A DNA stretch of 64,000 nt from Negativicutes bacterium (GCA_963665275.2 CAXXIN010000019.1:128001-192000), one strand, 5' to 3'; positions 11,249 to 22,599 are shown, counted from the stretch's first letter. Numbers and translations: made by a program. The notes: generated from the sequence alone by a model not told the origin.

Positions 11249-12136
11249 TTAGACTTTGAGAAACTTTTTCACAGAAATCAGGCTACCCAAAACACCGATT
11301 CCAATCCCGGCGACAAGCACAAAAATGTTCACATAGCCCAAAAACGGATACTGGGGCAAGAGCGGCAAAAATGCCAGGGATTCATAGACCTGCCGGGTCA
11401 CCATGCTGTAAAGCTGTGACAGAAGGACTGCTGAAATGAAGGCGCCCAGCGCGCCCAGCAGTACCCCTTCGATGATGAACGGCCAACGGATAAACCAATC
11501 CGTAGCCCCCACATACTTCATGATGCCGATTTCGCGCCGCCTGGCGAATACCGTCAGCCGTATCGTGTTCACAATAATGAACAACGCCGCCAATCCCAGG
11601 AAGATGATCAACACCACGCCAAAAATCCTCACCATCCGGGTGAGGCTGAATAATTGTTCCACCACTTCCTGCCCATAGCGGGCCGCCTCGATCCCCTTGA
11701 GCTGGGAAATCGCGAGCGCCACCGCTTTCACACGCTCCGGACGATCGACCTTGACTTCGAACGAATTGGGCAGAGGATTGGCTTCACCCAGCTCCGCCAG
11801 CAACCCTTGTTGACTTCCAAGCCTGTCTTTGAAGCGTACCAGCGCTTCTTCCTTGCCGACGAACGTTACCCGGGTCACACCCGGCAGCTTCGTGATGCGG
11901 GTCCCGATTTCCCGGGTCTCGACATCTTTCAGCGTATCCTGCAGATAAACCGTTACCTGAATCTGAGACTCCAATACAGCAGCCATATGGTTCAGGTTCA
12001 TGACCACGACGGTGAACATGCCGAGGATCAACAGCGACAAAGCCACCGTCATCAGCGCCGCCACGCTCATCAGGCCATTGCGCCGGATAGAGTGGAGCGA
12101 CTCGGTGATGAAATATTCCGCCGTTCTAATCTTCAT
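11249..12136 (-). CDS. ftsX: Cell-division permease-like protein FtsX
   Basis: NTIRLTVFARRREIGIMKYVGAT..FIRWPF motif; follows ftsE. Confidence 0.95.
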   Translation of the reverse strand: MKIRTAEYFITESLHSIRRNGLMSVAALMTVALSLLILGMFTVVVMNLNHMAAVLESQIQVTVYLQDTLKDVETREIGTRITKLPGVTRVTFVGKEEALVRFKDRLGSQQGLLAELGEANPLPNSFEVKVDRPERVKAVALAISQLKGIEAARYGQEVVEQLFSLTRMVRIFGVVLIIFLGLAALFIIVNTIRLTVFARRREIGIMKYVGATDWFIRWPFIIEGVLLGALGAFISAVLLSQLYSMVTRQVYESLAFLPLLPQYPFLGYVNIFVLVAGIGIGVLGSLISVKKFLKV

Positions 12137-12812
12137 AGCCGTAGGCTCCCTTGGAATCGTCACGTGTAATGCGACCGTTTTCCAGCGCAATGACCCGCTT
12201 CATCATCTGATCGACAATCGGTTTGTCATGCGTTACCATTAAAATCGTGGTGCCTGTCTGATTGATCCGGTCGAATATCTTCATCGCTTCCCAGGAAGTA
12301 TCCGGATCCAGATTCCCAGTCGGTTCATCCGCGATCAGCACTGCCGGATTGTTCACGATCGCCCGGGCGATCGCCACCCGTTGTTGTTCCCCACCGGAGA
12401 GCTGCCCCGGATAGATTTTGGCTTTGGGCAACAAGCCGACCAGATCGAGCACATGTTTCACCCGACGCTGGATATCGCGCCGGGATGCCTCGATGACCCG
12501 CATGGCAAAGGCCACGTTTTCATAACAATTTTTGTCAGGCAAGAGCCGAAAATCCTGAAACACGATGCCGAGTGAACGACGAAAGTAGGGAATTTCCTGG
12601 GGCTGCAACATAGACAGATTGCGTCCGTTGACGATGATTTCTCCGGTCGTCACGAGCTGCTCACGAAACAGCAGCTTGATCAAGGTAGACTTGCCGGCGC
12701 CGCTGGGACCAACCACAAATGCAAATTCGCCCTTGTCGATCTTCAAGGTCAGATCGGACAGCGCAACGAACCCATCATCGAATATTTTGCTGACTTCACT
12801 AAGTTGTATCAA
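12126..12812 (-). CDS. ftsE: Cell-division ATP-binding protein FtsE
   Basis: [39 protein letters not shown]; TTG start near 12812 after GGAGAGG. Confidence 0.95.
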   Translation of the reverse strand: MIQLSEVSKIFDDGFVALSDLTLKIDKGEFAFVVGPSGAGKSTLIKLLFREQLVTTGEIIVNGRNLSMLQPQEIPYFRRSLGIVFQDFRLLPDKNCYENVAFAMRVIEASRRDIQRRVKHVLDLVGLLPKAKIYPGQLSGGEQQRVAIARAIVNNPAVLIADEPTGNLDPDTSWEAMKIFDRINQTGTTILMVTHDKPIVDQMMKRVIALENGRITRDDSKGAYGYED

Positions 12813-12837
12813 AGCAATTGACCTCTCCTGCTTATTT

Positions 12838-13968
12838 CTATTTAACTTTATTATTATTCGACAGGGAGTGTTTATCCCCCTTTTTTTCGAGCAGATCCAT
12901 GGCAAAACGAGCGTTCTGCAGCGCCTGCGCACGCAGCGCCGCCACTTTGCCGCGTCGCCTTTCGCCAGCTGCGGCATCGATTTGAACCTGCTGAATCTGA
13001 GCCAACAGATTCTCGGAAGTCAGGGTCTCGAGTGTTCCGGCATGCCTCTCGCCGAGGGTTTCCAGAAAACGGTCGATTTTGGGATCGTACGATACCCCGA
13101 CGAAGGGTCGCTCCATGACGGCAGCAAAAATCAACGCATGCAGTCGGACGCCCACCAGCAGGTCAAGATTGCGGACCACCGACAGAAGCTCGGCTGTATC
13201 GCACTTCTGGCCAATCAGCGCGTGGGGCTGCCGCATTTTGGCGGCCACTCGCTGGGCCGCTTGCACGTCATCCGGCCACTGCATGGGAATGAAAACGATA
13301 CGGGCGCCAGTCTCGGCGACGAGCCGATCCGCCACAGCCGCGAATACATTTTTGTAATGCTCTCTTCCCTGCCACTCGCGCACGGAAAATCCGATCAGCG
13401 GCCCCTCGCCGCCTAGACCCAGGCTATCGAGGATCCTTCGGCCTGACTCAATTGACGCCGGTTCCAGCGCCAACACGGGATCCGCCGTCACACTTACCTT
13501 CGGTTTGACAACACCAAGGCCCGCCAGTTCGACCAGCGAGCCCTCATCGCGGACCGTACCGCCGGCGATGCAGTTGCCGATATGCTTCATGAAGGACCTC
13601 GCCATGCAGCTGCGAATCGGTCCGATCCCCTGTGCGTAAAGCATGACAGGTCGTCCCAAAAAGCAGGCGAGCTGCATGATTCCCAAATAATAAAAAATGC
13701 TGCGGCCGCTGGTGACATCCTGCAGCAAACTCCCCCCGCCGCTGATCAGCAGGTCGGAGGCGCGAATCGCGCGGGCGATCCCCCACAGATTCAGCCGGTG
13801 AACAGCCGATACCGCATGCTTCTTCGCAGTATCAGCTGGATTGCCGGAAATGACAGTGATTGCAACCTGAGGGTCGAGCGCGCGCAGAGCAGACACCATC
13901 GCCAACAACATCGCTTCGTCGCCGGCATTGCCGAAACCGTAGTAACCTGATATCACCAGTTTATTCAT
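12838..13968 (-). CDS. csaB: Polysaccharide pyruvyl transferase CsaB
   Basis: GYYGFGNAGDEA, GGGSLLQDVTSGRS, RLHALIFA, SYDPKI. Confidence 0.9.
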   Translation of the reverse strand: MNKLVISGYYGFGNAGDEAMLLAMVSALRALDPQVAITVISGNPADTAKKHAVSAVHRLNLWGIARAIRASDLLISGGGSLLQDVTSGRSIFYYLGIMQLACFLGRPVMLYAQGIGPIRSCMARSFMKHIGNCIAGGTVRDEGSLVELAGLGVVKPKVSVTADPVLALEPASIESGRRILDSLGLGGEGPLIGFSVREWQGREHYKNVFAAVADRLVAETGARIVFIPMQWPDDVQAAQRVAAKMRQPHALIGQKCDTAELLSVVRNLDLLVGVRLHALIFAAVMERPFVGVSYDPKIDRFLETLGERHAGTLETLTSENLLAQIQQVQIDAAAGERRRGKVAALRAQALQNARFAMDLLEKKGDKHSLSNNNKVK

Positions 13969-16021
13969 CCGATGGCAGTCTCCTTCCCATCAGGAAAGTC
14001 AGCGACTGCAGCCAGTGAAGGGCGAGAACCGCGCACACGCCGAGCGCGGCGCCGAGGCCCACGCCGTTGACTCCGCGCAGCAAAGACATGATGAAAGGCG
14101 TTCGCATATGAGCAAATGTTTCGACCAGCGAACCCATGGCGATAGTTGCCGCCACAACGAAGGCGAAGTGAAAGAACCGCGGCCAATTCCGATATAACGC
14201 CATCACGGCCAACAGAAAAGCGGGATGGCCGATGAGAAATTCTTTTTCACGCGGGCGGGCATACATCGTGACTTCCAGGAACCGGCGCAATTTGATTTCA
14301 ATTTCCGGCACCGGCACCCCCGAATCGTGTCCGGAGCGTCCCACGAAAACATAAGCAACCGCCGCCGCCGCCCCGAAACCCAAGATCGTTTTGATATAGG
14401 CCGGATAGTCGAGCACATGCAGCAGCTTCGCCCAGAGGTGGCGGGAATCATCCGCATCCACGCCAGGGAACAGGTTGAACCGGGTCAGATATACGATGCT
14501 GATGAGCAGTAGCGGCAAGACAAACGTCAGTTTGACTCCCCGGAAAATCTCCATTTCGAGCAGAAAACGCGTATCGGACAGCACCGCCGCCAGATAAAGG
14601 CCTCCCACCAGCGCCAGCAAAAATGTCCGGGTCAGGCCAACGAGACCGTCCCTCAGAATACGCCAGAGAGGCGCGCCGCCGCGGGGAGCTTTCGCCCGCC
14701 AGCAATCGAGCTGCCAGGTCATCGCCAGCACCGGGAAAATAACGGCGCTGCCCAAAGCTGTCATTTGCCGCACCAACGTTGCAGATCCCATCAACATGGG
14801 TAGCCCCAGTCCCAGTGATAATAAGGCGAACAACCCATACTGCATCCGCCGGGGAAACGGGATCGCCACGCTGACCAACAAGACACCGGCAGCCACTGTG
14901 CCGACGGCAATCAACAGGAGCAGGAATCGATTCGGCATAAAGGGAGGAAAAGTCGTCGCCGGTCCTGTCGGCACATCGAACGAACTCAGCCCCTTCTTGA
15001 CGCCACTGACATAAGCCACATGCGTTTCCGTCAAATTTTTACCCGGCAGAGGGCGCTCGTACATCTTCAGATACTGCATGCGGATATTGCGTTCCCGACT
15101 GCCCAGCACCTGTCGATGAACCGCTTCCACCATCGACAGTTTGGGCTGTTCGACCTTCAGCAGCTGATGAAGTCGGGCGGTAGAGTAATTGGTCATTTTC
15201 GCCAGATCGAACATGCCATCCTGCATCTTGAACTGCAGCTGCGTATAATGTTCCATCATCGCGAGCGTCAGGCCGCGCTTTTTCATCTCGGCGGCCACCA
15301 GAGGCAACTGGTCGGGGAAGCCCAGCACTTCATCCCCGACAAAATAAATTCCCGATACAGCCGATCCCACCGAATCGATGCGTTCGAACACCGACTGTAC
15401 ATCGTCCGGATTGACTTTCAGATAGTTGGTCGGCCGCGCCAGTATGAGGAACCCGTTAGAAGCCGCCGTCTCCATCTCGGAAACCGGTATTCCCAGATTC
15501 CAGCGGATCAAGGATTCGAACGGCGCATCAATGATAAGGAACCGCCGGCCGCCCTCGTTGAAATATTTGATCCGGTGTTTGCCGACCCGACGTTCCAGGT
15601 CGCTCTGCACTTCGGCGAACCGGTCTGTTTCCCGGTCCAGTACATAAACCTGCCTGGCCGCCAGCCTTCCCGACTCGACCTCGTTGCGCCACCACCAGTT
15701 GGTCAGCGTCCCGGCATGATAGCTGTGCAGCATCTGGGTGGTGGATACCGCGGTCACCACACCTTCATCAGCCAGCTTTTCCAGATTGGTTTCAAAAACC
15801 GCCAGCGTAGTCAACCCTGCCGCCTTCAGCTGCCGTAGCGCCGATTGCAGCGGTATGCCGTCAATCCGGGCCATCTCCACTACTTCCGCCAGATCCGATA
15901 CCAGCTCCACTTGTGTATTGGCGCGTTCGATTCCATAGCGCTGCCAGTTCACATAGAGAGCCGCCAACAATCCCAGAATGATGAAGACGATGAGAACCCG
16001 ATTGTATCGAAAAACCAGCAA
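13961..16021 (-). CDS. DUF5693-family membrane protein
   Basis: RERNIRMQY, FRGVKL, RPREKEFLIGHP, TFAHMRTP motifs; adjacent to csaB. Confidence 0.8.
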   Translation of the reverse strand: MLVFRYNRVLIVFIILGLLAALYVNWQRYGIERANTQVELVSDLAEVVEMARIDGIPLQSALRQLKAAGLTTLAVFETNLEKLADEGVVTAVSTTQMLHSYHAGTLTNWWWRNEVESGRLAARQVYVLDRETDRFAEVQSDLERRVGKHRIKYFNEGGRRFLIIDAPFESLIRWNLGIPVSEMETAASNGFLILARPTNYLKVNPDDVQSVFERIDSVGSAVSGIYFVGDEVLGFPDQLPLVAAEMKKRGLTLAMMEHYTQLQFKMQDGMFDLAKMTNYSTARLHQLLKVEQPKLSMVEAVHRQVLGSRERNIRMQYLKMYERPLPGKNLTETHVAYVSGVKKGLSSFDVPTGPATTFPPFMPNRFLLLLIAVGTVAAGVLLVSVAIPFPRRMQYGLFALLSLGLGLPMLMGSATLVRQMTALGSAVIFPVLAMTWQLDCWRAKAPRGGAPLWRILRDGLVGLTRTFLLALVGGLYLAAVLSDTRFLLEMEIFRGVKLTFVLPLLLISIVYLTRFNLFPGVDADDSRHLWAKLLHVLDYPAYIKTILGFGAAAAVAYVFVGRSGHDSGVPVPEIEIKLRRFLEVTMYARPREKEFLIGHPAFLLAVMALYRNWPRFFHFAFVVAATIAMGSLVETFAHMRTPFIMSLLRGVNGVGLGAALGVCAVLALHWLQSLTFLMGRRLPSDE

Positions 16022-16049
16022 CTTTCATTCCACCTTATAATTCGGATAC

Positions 16050-16727
16050 TTAGTGATTGTCGGCAAAAAGAGTGATGAGGCCGGGTTCCATGACGATCTT
16101 GCGCACACCGGCCTTGAACGGCAGCGTCGTCAGATCCAGCAGGGGAATTTCCGCAAACAGCGAGTTGAAATTGATACCGCCGGCATTTTTCACTTCCAGC
16201 CGCTCGCTACGAAAGCGGATCGACTGCGCGTCGCCGACGATCTGCCCCTCCGTGCTTACGGCAATTTTGAGGATGCCCAGGTCCACATCGCCGTGGATCT
16301 GAATTTTATCCGCCAGAATCTTCACTGACGGGTTCTTAACTTCCTTTACCTTGGCGCCGAGATATTCGGCGAGATCTTTTTCATTGAGCTTCATCACGAT
16401 TTCGAGGTTGCGTACATCCTGAACCGTAACCCGGTTGCTGCGCACCAACGTGCCCATGTTGATCCGTGCATCATCAAGCGTCACCCGCGCCTCCTGAATC
16501 TTCAGACCGTCTATGCGGGCGTCCTCCGAAACGGCCTTCACTCCGTCGAATTGCCCCATCCACAAGGAAATTCCAGGCAAGGAGCGGGCCGAAACATTGT
16601 GCTGACGCGCCGGCATCACCTTGGACAACGCACTGTCCAACCAAAAAGAGACAACCAATGGCGTGATAATCTCGCTGAAAACGAGCAACGCGGCAAAAAA
16701 ACTAATGAAAAGTACTTTTTTCGACAC
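16050..16727 (-). CDS. DUF2993/LmeA-like protein
   Basis: N-terminal anchor, beta-rich body with GQFDGV..DARI..LPF pattern. Confidence 0.6.
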   Translation of the reverse strand: MSKKVLFISFFAALLVFSEIITPLVVSFWLDSALSKVMPARQHNVSARSLPGISLWMGQFDGVKAVSEDARIDGLKIQEARVTLDDARINMGTLVRSNRVTVQDVRNLEIVMKLNEKDLAEYLGAKVKEVKNPSVKILADKIQIHGDVDLGILKIAVSTEGQIVGDAQSIRFRSERLEVKNAGGINFNSLFAEIPLLDLTTLPFKAGVRKIVMEPGLITLFADNH

Positions 16728-16736
16728 TAGGTCCTC

Positions 16737-17838
16737 CTACAGGGCTTTTTGTTTCAGATAGGCCTCGATGAAGCCATCCAGGTCTCCATCCATCACCGCC
16801 TGCACGTTGCCCACCTCGTAACTGGTACGGTGGTCCTTGACCATGCTGTAGGGGTGAAACACATAGGAACGAATCTGGCTGCCCCACTCGATTTTCTGGT
16901 AGTCACCGGCCAGCTCCGCCTTTTCAGCGGCCTGCCGTTCCTGTTCCAGTTCGAACAGGCGGGAACGTAGCAGTTTCATACACTGCTCGCGGTTCTGAAT
17001 CTGAGAGCGCTCGTTCTGGCACTGGACCACGACCCCTGTCGGCAGATGGGTCATCCGGACTGCCGAATCCGTCTTGTTGATGTGCTGTCCGCCGGCACCG
17101 CTGGCTCGGTAGGTATCAACGCGCAGATCTTCCGCCCGAATCTCGATCTGCACATTGTCGTCGATTTCCGGCATCACGTCGATCGCCGCAAAAGAGGTAT
17201 GGCGACGGGCATTGGAATCAAAGGGTGAAATACGTACCAATCGGTGCACACCCTTTTCCGCTTTGAGATAGCCATAGGCATTGCGTCCGGTAATCATGAG
17301 CGTGGCGCTCTTGACGCCCGCTTCATCGCCATCCTGAAAATCCAGGGTCTCGACCCGGTAACGGTTGCGTTCCGCCCACCGCACATACATCCGCAGCAGC
17401 ATCTGGGCCCAGTCCTGGGCTTCGGTGCCGCCAGCGCCGGCGTGCAGGGTCAGGATCGCGTTATTGGCGTCATATTCGCCGGACAGCATGAGTGAAAGCT
17501 GCAGCTGTTCGAGGTCATGCTGCAGTTCCTTGATCTGCTCCTCCAGTTCCGCCTGGATGCTGTCGTCATTTTCTTCCATGCCCAGTTCCCAGAGAGCGGC
17601 TATATCGCCGTGGCGGTTTTTTAGTCCATGAAACTGTTCCACCGGCGCCCTGAGCGTCGTCAGGTCCTGCATGACTTTTTGCGCGGCCTGCGGATCCTCC
17701 CAAAGGTCGTGGGACTCGGTCACCCGTTCAAGCCGGGCAATCTGTACTTCCTTTTCAGTGACGTCAAAGAGACCCCCTGAGTTCTTCAACCTTGCGGCCC
17801 AATTCTTCGATGGGCCCTTTCCATTCTGACAATAACAA
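16737..17838 (-). CDS. prfB: Peptide chain release factor 2 (programmed +1 frameshift after codon 24)
   Basis: SPF and GGQ motifs; TTG start at 17838, frame 0 ends at CTT TGA C (17769-17763). Confidence 0.97.
17763..17778 (-). promoter_or_regulatory. RF2 autoregulatory frameshift cassette AGGGGG-TCT-CTT-TGA-C
   Basis: Internal Shine-Dalgarno followed by the canonical CTTTGAC shift site. Confidence 0.95.
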
Positions 17839-17903
17839 CTAACCTTCACTCCTATTTTTAAAAAACTTTTAAATCGTCTATGTTTGCTCTTCTCAAAAAT
17901 ATC

Positions 17904-18019
17904 CCCAGGCGTTTCAGGCGGATGCAGCTGCAAGGCGCGGCAAGAGTTCAAGCGAAGGCGTACTGCTGTACGTCAAGCGCAGAACTCGTAGCCGCAACGC
18001 CGCAGATGCGCCGCCTGGG
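17904..18019. repeat. ~120-nt imperfect rod-like palindrome (MITE/REPIN-like)
   Basis: Nested arms CAGGCGG/CCGCCTG, GCGGC/GCCGC, GAGTTC/GAACTC, GGCGTAC/GTACGTC around a TGCT loop. Confidence 0.6.
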
Positions 18020-18023
18020 ACAC

Positions 18024-19250
18024 CTAAGACCCCTTGTTCAGCGAGAACTCACTCACCGTCCTGTTGATTTCGCGGGCCAGCGACTCGGGGATGCCTTCGA
18101 TGTTGACGTTCAGGAAACCGCGCACGATCGTTGCGACCGCTTCCTCCTCGTCCAACCCGCGGGCCATCAGGTATTCGATCTCTTCCGGCGCGATCTTGCC
18201 CACCGCTGCCTCGTGGCTCAGTTCGGCATTTTCGGCGCGGGCTTCCAGCTCAGGCACCGCATGTATGACGCCGCCCGGCGCCAATAGCAGGCCATGGCAC
18301 TCCAGATGAGCTTTGGATTCCGTGGCATTGCCGACCAAATGACCCCGGTTGATGATGATCCCCCCCGTCGATATGCTGCGGGCCACGATCTCGGCTCTGG
18401 TTCCGGGCGAATCCAAAATCACCCGCCCGCCAATGTCCATATGCGACCCCGGCGGCGCAACCAGGATGGAGTTCATGCGGGCGACAGCGCCCGGCGCAGT
18501 GAGACGCGCACTGGGATACATCTGGAGGTCTTTCACTGTTTTCAGACAAATATAGTTGGAGAGATACAGCCCGTCTTCCTCCACGATGACGCCGGTGCGG
18601 GGCCGGACAGTGATGTCTTCGCCCCAGCGGTGGATCATAGTGAAAGTCAGCTTGCCGCCCTTCTTGATGTAAAATTCGCTGATGCCGATATGGGCGCCTT
18701 TTTTCACATCGGGGTCCGTCGCGCAACCGGTGATGACATGCAGTTCCGCGCCTTCCTCGACAATGATGATGTTATGAACATCCTGAATCAGGCCTTCCTG
18801 TCCGATATAGAGACAGGCTTGCACCGGTTCAGCGATCTTCTGCCCCGCCAGGGCTCGGATGAAATAACCGTGTTCCTGATGCAGAGCCGCCCGGGCCGTG
18901 AATTTATCTGCATCCGGCGCTACCGCCCGCCACCAGTAATCCATCAGCCAATCGTGGCATTTCAACGCCGCATCGGTGGACATGATCTCCACGCCCTCGG
19001 CGGCAATATCACAGTGGGACACGGAGTGGTCCATCTGCATATACGTGCCGGCCCGACCGGTTCCCGAAGTATCGAGACCGATCGCTTCGAGCTGTTTGCG
19101 CTTCTCGGTCGACATGGCTGTCAAGTCGGGAATCGGCGCATCTTCTTTGCCATATTCGACGAAACTGCTGAAATCTACATCGGCGCCATAAATGGCTTTT
19201 TTATCGATAGCCGCTCTGGCTTTTTCGTTCAGAATATCCTGCTTATTCAT
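18024..19250 (-). CDS. SufB/SufD-family Fe-S scaffold (SmsB-like)
   Basis: HLECHGL, PEL, ELSHEAAVGKI..EEIEYLMARGL..VRGFL. Confidence 0.9.
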   Translation of the reverse strand: MNKQDILNEKARAAIDKKAIYGADVDFSSFVEYGKEDAPIPDLTAMSTEKRKQLEAIGLDTSGTGRAGTYMQMDHSVSHCDIAAEGVEIMSTDAALKCHDWLMDYWWRAVAPDADKFTARAALHQEHGYFIRALAGQKIAEPVQACLYIGQEGLIQDVHNIIIVEEGAELHVITGCATDPDVKKGAHIGISEFYIKKGGKLTFTMIHRWGEDITVRPRTGVIVEEDGLYLSNYICLKTVKDLQMYPSARLTAPGAVARMNSILVAPPGSHMDIGGRVILDSPGTRAEIVARSISTGGIIINRGHLVGNATESKAHLECHGLLLAPGGVIHAVPELEARAENAELSHEAAVGKIAPEEIEYLMARGLDEEEAVATIVRGFLNVNIEGIPESLAREINRTVSEFSLNKGS

Positions 19251-19263
19251 CGCCTAGCCCTCC

Positions 19264-20016
19264 TCACATCGCACAACGGATACATTCTTCGTACCCCTTG
19301 TGCTGGATGCATTGCAGCATCTCCTGCGCATTGCCGCTGCAGGAGAGTGTTCCCTGATACATCACGTGGGCGATATCCGCCGGCACGTACTGCAGGATAT
19401 GACCGGTATGGGTAATGATCAGACCGGACTGGGTCCGCTCGGCCCGTTGTTTACGCACCGGGGCCTGCCCTTCGGCGTGGCCGCGGGACAGGATTCGATT
19501 CACGGCCTCTCCGACCAAAGCGATATTTTCGATATCGACACCGGATTCCGGTTCGTCAAGCAACAATAGATTCGGCTGCTGCGCCATGAGCTGCAGCAGT
19601 TCCGAACGTTTGATTTCGCCGCCCGAAAATCCTTCGTTGACGTTGCGTTCCAAAAAGTCCGACATGTTCAGTCGCTCAGCCAACGCATCCGCATCCGCGC
19701 GCTGGTGGGAGCAGATCCCGACCATCTGGCGTACGGTAAGGCCACGCACTGTAGGAGGACGCTGGATCATGACGCCGATGCCGGACCGTGCCCGCTCATA
19801 GACCGGCGCAGCCGTGATATCGACGCCTTTGAACCAGATTTTACCTGCCGTGATCTGGAAACGGGGGAAACCCATGATGGCGCCGATCAGCGTAGACTTT
19901 CCCGTGCCATTCGGGCCGAACAGGGCATGCACCTGTCCCGGTTTGATTTCGAGGTTGACATCATGCAGAATCGGCTTGCCGGCAACCGACACCGCCAGGT
20001 TCTCAATCTTCAGCAT
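19264..20016 (-). CDS. SufC-like ABC ATPase (SmsC-like) with C-terminal CxxC
   Basis: GPNGTGKST, GFSGGEIKR, LDEPESGVD, ends EECIRCAM. Confidence 0.9.
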   Translation of the reverse strand: MLKIENLAVSVAGKPILHDVNLEIKPGQVHALFGPNGTGKSTLIGAIMGFPRFQITAGKIWFKGVDITAAPVYERARSGIGVMIQRPPTVRGLTVRQMVGICSHQRADADALAERLNMSDFLERNVNEGFSGGEIKRSELLQLMAQQPNLLLLDEPESGVDIENIALVGEAVNRILSRGHAEGQAPVRKQRAERTQSGLIITHTGHILQYVPADIAHVMYQGTLSCSGNAQEMLQCIQHKGYEECIRCAM

Positions 20017-20037
20017 ATGTATGACCTCCTTGGTAGT

Positions 20038-22542
20038 TTATTTAGCGCCGCAACATTTCTTGTATTTCTTGCCGCTGCCGCAGGGGCACATCTCGTTACG
20101 TCCGACCGCTTCCTTCACCCGCACCGGTTCTTTGGGGCCGGCGGCTTCCTCACCGTGGCTCGCCGTCGCCTGCGCCAGCCGGTCCTCCGCTTGGGTCACG
20201 ATATTCACCCGGTAGATATAGCGGACGATATCTTCCTGAATATGCTCGATCATCTGACCGAACATATCAAAAGCTTCGATTTTGTATTCGATGAGCGGAT
20301 CTTTCTGCCCATAGGCCCGCAGACCGATGCCCTGCCGCAGCATGTCCATCGCGTCCAGGTGTTCCATCCACTTGGCGTCGACTACTTTCAGCATGACGAC
20401 CTTCTCCAGCTCCCGCATGTTGTCGGCGCCGAACAAGGCTTCGCGGCGGTCATAGTTTTCGTTGGCCGCATCCAGCAGATCTTCACGCAGTTCGTCGCGG
20501 CTCATATTCTCCATCTCGGATTTTTTCAGATCGCCTTCCGCCGCAAACAGGTCCACCGCGTACTCGATCAGTCCGTCGAAATCCCATTCTTCCGGGTGAA
20601 CCTTGGCATTGGCGAACAAATCCATGCCCTGGTCGATCAGTTTCTCGATCATGAAGAAAATATTCTCGCGCAGGTTTTCGCCGTGCAGAATCTGCCTGCG
20701 TTGTCCATAGATGACTTCGCGCTGCTGGTTCATGACATCGTCATATTCCAGCACGTGTTTACGGGTATTGAAATGCTGAGCTTCAACCTTCTTCTGCGCC
20801 TGCTCGATCGAGCGGGAGATCAGGGAATGTTCGATGGGTTCGTCTTCTTCCATCCCCAACTTGTCCATCAGCGAAGAGATATTATCCGCGCCGAACAGCC
20901 GCATCAAGTCGTCTTCCAGTGACAGATAGAAACGGGAAGAACCCGGATCGCCCTGACGTCCGGAACGGCCCCGCAGCTGATTGTCGATCCGGCGGCTTTC
21001 ATGCCGTTCCGTACCGATGATATGCAGCCCGCCAAGCGCCGGCACACCTTCGCCGAGCACGATGTCCGTGCCGCGGCCCGCCATGTTGGTCGCGATGGTC
21101 ACAGCCCCCGGCTGCCCCGCCTGCGAGATGATCTGCGCCTCCATTTCATGGAACTTCGCATTCAATACGTTATGCGGAACGCCCTGCCGCTTCAGCATCG
21201 ACGACAAGTCTTCCGACTGGACGATCGACGTCGTTCCCACCAGGACCGGCTGGCCTTTGGCATGCAGTTCGGCGATCTCCGCCACTGCCGCCTTGTACTT
21301 GCCCCGTTTCGTCTTGTAGATGACATCGGGGAAATCGACACGGACCATCGCCTGGTGAGTGGGGATCATGATGACATCCAGATGATAAATCTTGCGGAAC
21401 TCCTGCTCCTCAGTCTTCGCTGTCCCGGTCATGCCGGACAATTTTTTGTACATGCGGAAATAGTTCTGGAAAGTGATCGTGGCGAGAGTCTGGCTTTCGC
21501 GTTCGACCTTCACGCCTTCCTTGGCTTCGATCGCCTGATGCAGACCGTCCGAATAACGGCGGCCGAACATGAGACGTCCGGTGAACTCATCAACGATGAT
21601 GACTTCGCCGTCTTTCACCACATAATCCTTGTCCCGGTGCATCAGCGCATGCGCCCTGAGCGCCTGGTTGAAGTGATGCGACAGCTCCATGTTTTCGTTA
21701 TCATAAAGATTTCTGACATTCAGGGCCCGTTCCGCCTTGGCCACGCCAGCCTCTGTCGGCGCCACCGTGTGCAACTTTTCATCGACCGTGTAGTCTTCGC
21801 CTTCAGTCAATTTAGGCACCACTTTGGCCAGAACAAAGTAGAGATCCGTCGACTTTTCGCCCGGCCCGGAAATGATCAGCGGCGTCCGCGCCTCATCGAT
21901 CAGGATGGAGTCCACTTCGTCCACGATCGCGTAGTTCATCGGCCGCTGCACCATCTGTTCGGCATAAACGACCATATTGTCACGCAGATAATCGAACCCG
22001 AACTCATTGTTGGTCCCGTACGTGATGTCCGCAGCATATGCGGCCTTGCGGTCGTCGAAATCCAGTCCATGGGCGATCAGGCCCACCGACAACCCCATGA
22101 ACTTATAAATTTTTCCCATCCACTCGCTGTCGCGCTTCGCCAGATAGTCATTGACCGTGACGAGATGGACGCCTTTGCCTTCCAGTGCATTCAGGTACAC
22201 CGCCAGCGTTGCCACCAGCGTCTTGCCTTCGCCTGTCTTCATCTCGGCGATTTTTCCCTCATGCAGCGTCACGCCGCCGAGCAGCTGCACATCGAAGTGC
22301 CGCATGCCCGTGGTCCGGACTGATGCTTCCCGCACCGCCGCGAACGCCTCAGGCAAGAGTAGTTCCAACGTCTCGCCATTTTCCAGCCGCTGACGGAATT
22401 CCACCGTTTTCGCCGCCAAGGATGCGTCACTCAGTTTCTGCATCTCCGGTTCAAGCGCATTGATCCGTTCCACATATTCTTCCATGCGGCGGATCTCATT
22501 TTCATTATCATCACCAAATAGTTTTTTCAAAAATCCCAACAA
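20038..22542 (-). CDS. secA: Preprotein translocase subunit SecA
   Basis: [28 protein letters not shown]-terminal [18 protein letters not shown]. Confidence 0.99.
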   Translation of the reverse strand: MLGFLKKLFGDDNENEIRRMEEYVERINALEPEMQKLSDASLAAKTVEFRQRLENGETLELLLPEAFAAVREASVRTTGMRHFDVQLLGGVTLHEGKIAEMKTGEGKTLVATLAVYLNALEGKGVHLVTVNDYLAKRDSEWMGKIYKFMGLSVGLIAHGLDFDDRKAAYAADITYGTNNEFGFDYLRDNMVVYAEQMVQRPMNYAIVDEVDSILIDEARTPLIISGPGEKSTDLYFVLAKVVPKLTEGEDYTVDEKLHTVAPTEAGVAKAERALNVRNLYDNENMELSHHFNQALRAHALMHRDKDYVVKDGEVIIVDEFTGRLMFGRRYSDGLHQAIEAKEGVKVERESQTLATITFQNYFRMYKKLSGMTGTAKTEEQEFRKIYHLDVIMIPTHQAMVRVDFPDVIYKTKRGKYKAAVAEIAELHAKGQPVLVGTTSIVQSEDLSSMLKRQGVPHNVLNAKFHEMEAQIISQAGQPGAVTIATNMAGRGTDIVLGEGVPALGGLHIIGTERHESRRIDNQLRGRSGRQGDPGSSRFYLSLEDDLMRLFGADNISSLMDKLGMEEDEPIEHSLISRSIEQAQKKVEAQHFNTRKHVLEYDDVMNQQREVIYGQRRQILHGENLRENIFFMIEKLIDQGMDLFANAKVHPEEWDFDGLIEYAVDLFAAEGDLKKSEMENMSRDELREDLLDAANENYDRREALFGADNMRELEKVVMLKVVDAKWMEHLDAMDMLRQGIGLRAYGQKDPLIEYKIEAFDMFGQMIEHIQEDIVRYIYRVNIVTQAEDRLAQATASHGEEAAGPKEPVRVKEAVGRNEMCPCGSGKKYKKCCGAK

Positions 22543-22599
22543 CTTTAGATCACTCCTTTGCCTATCTAAGATATTTTATCAGAGTCCCCCGCAAAGTGC

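Noticed and set aside
16737-17951. prfB as a pseudogene or with the long N-terminus in the ORF track
   Set aside because: The break is the canonical CTT-TGA-C programmed frameshift with an internal SD; the true start is at 17838.
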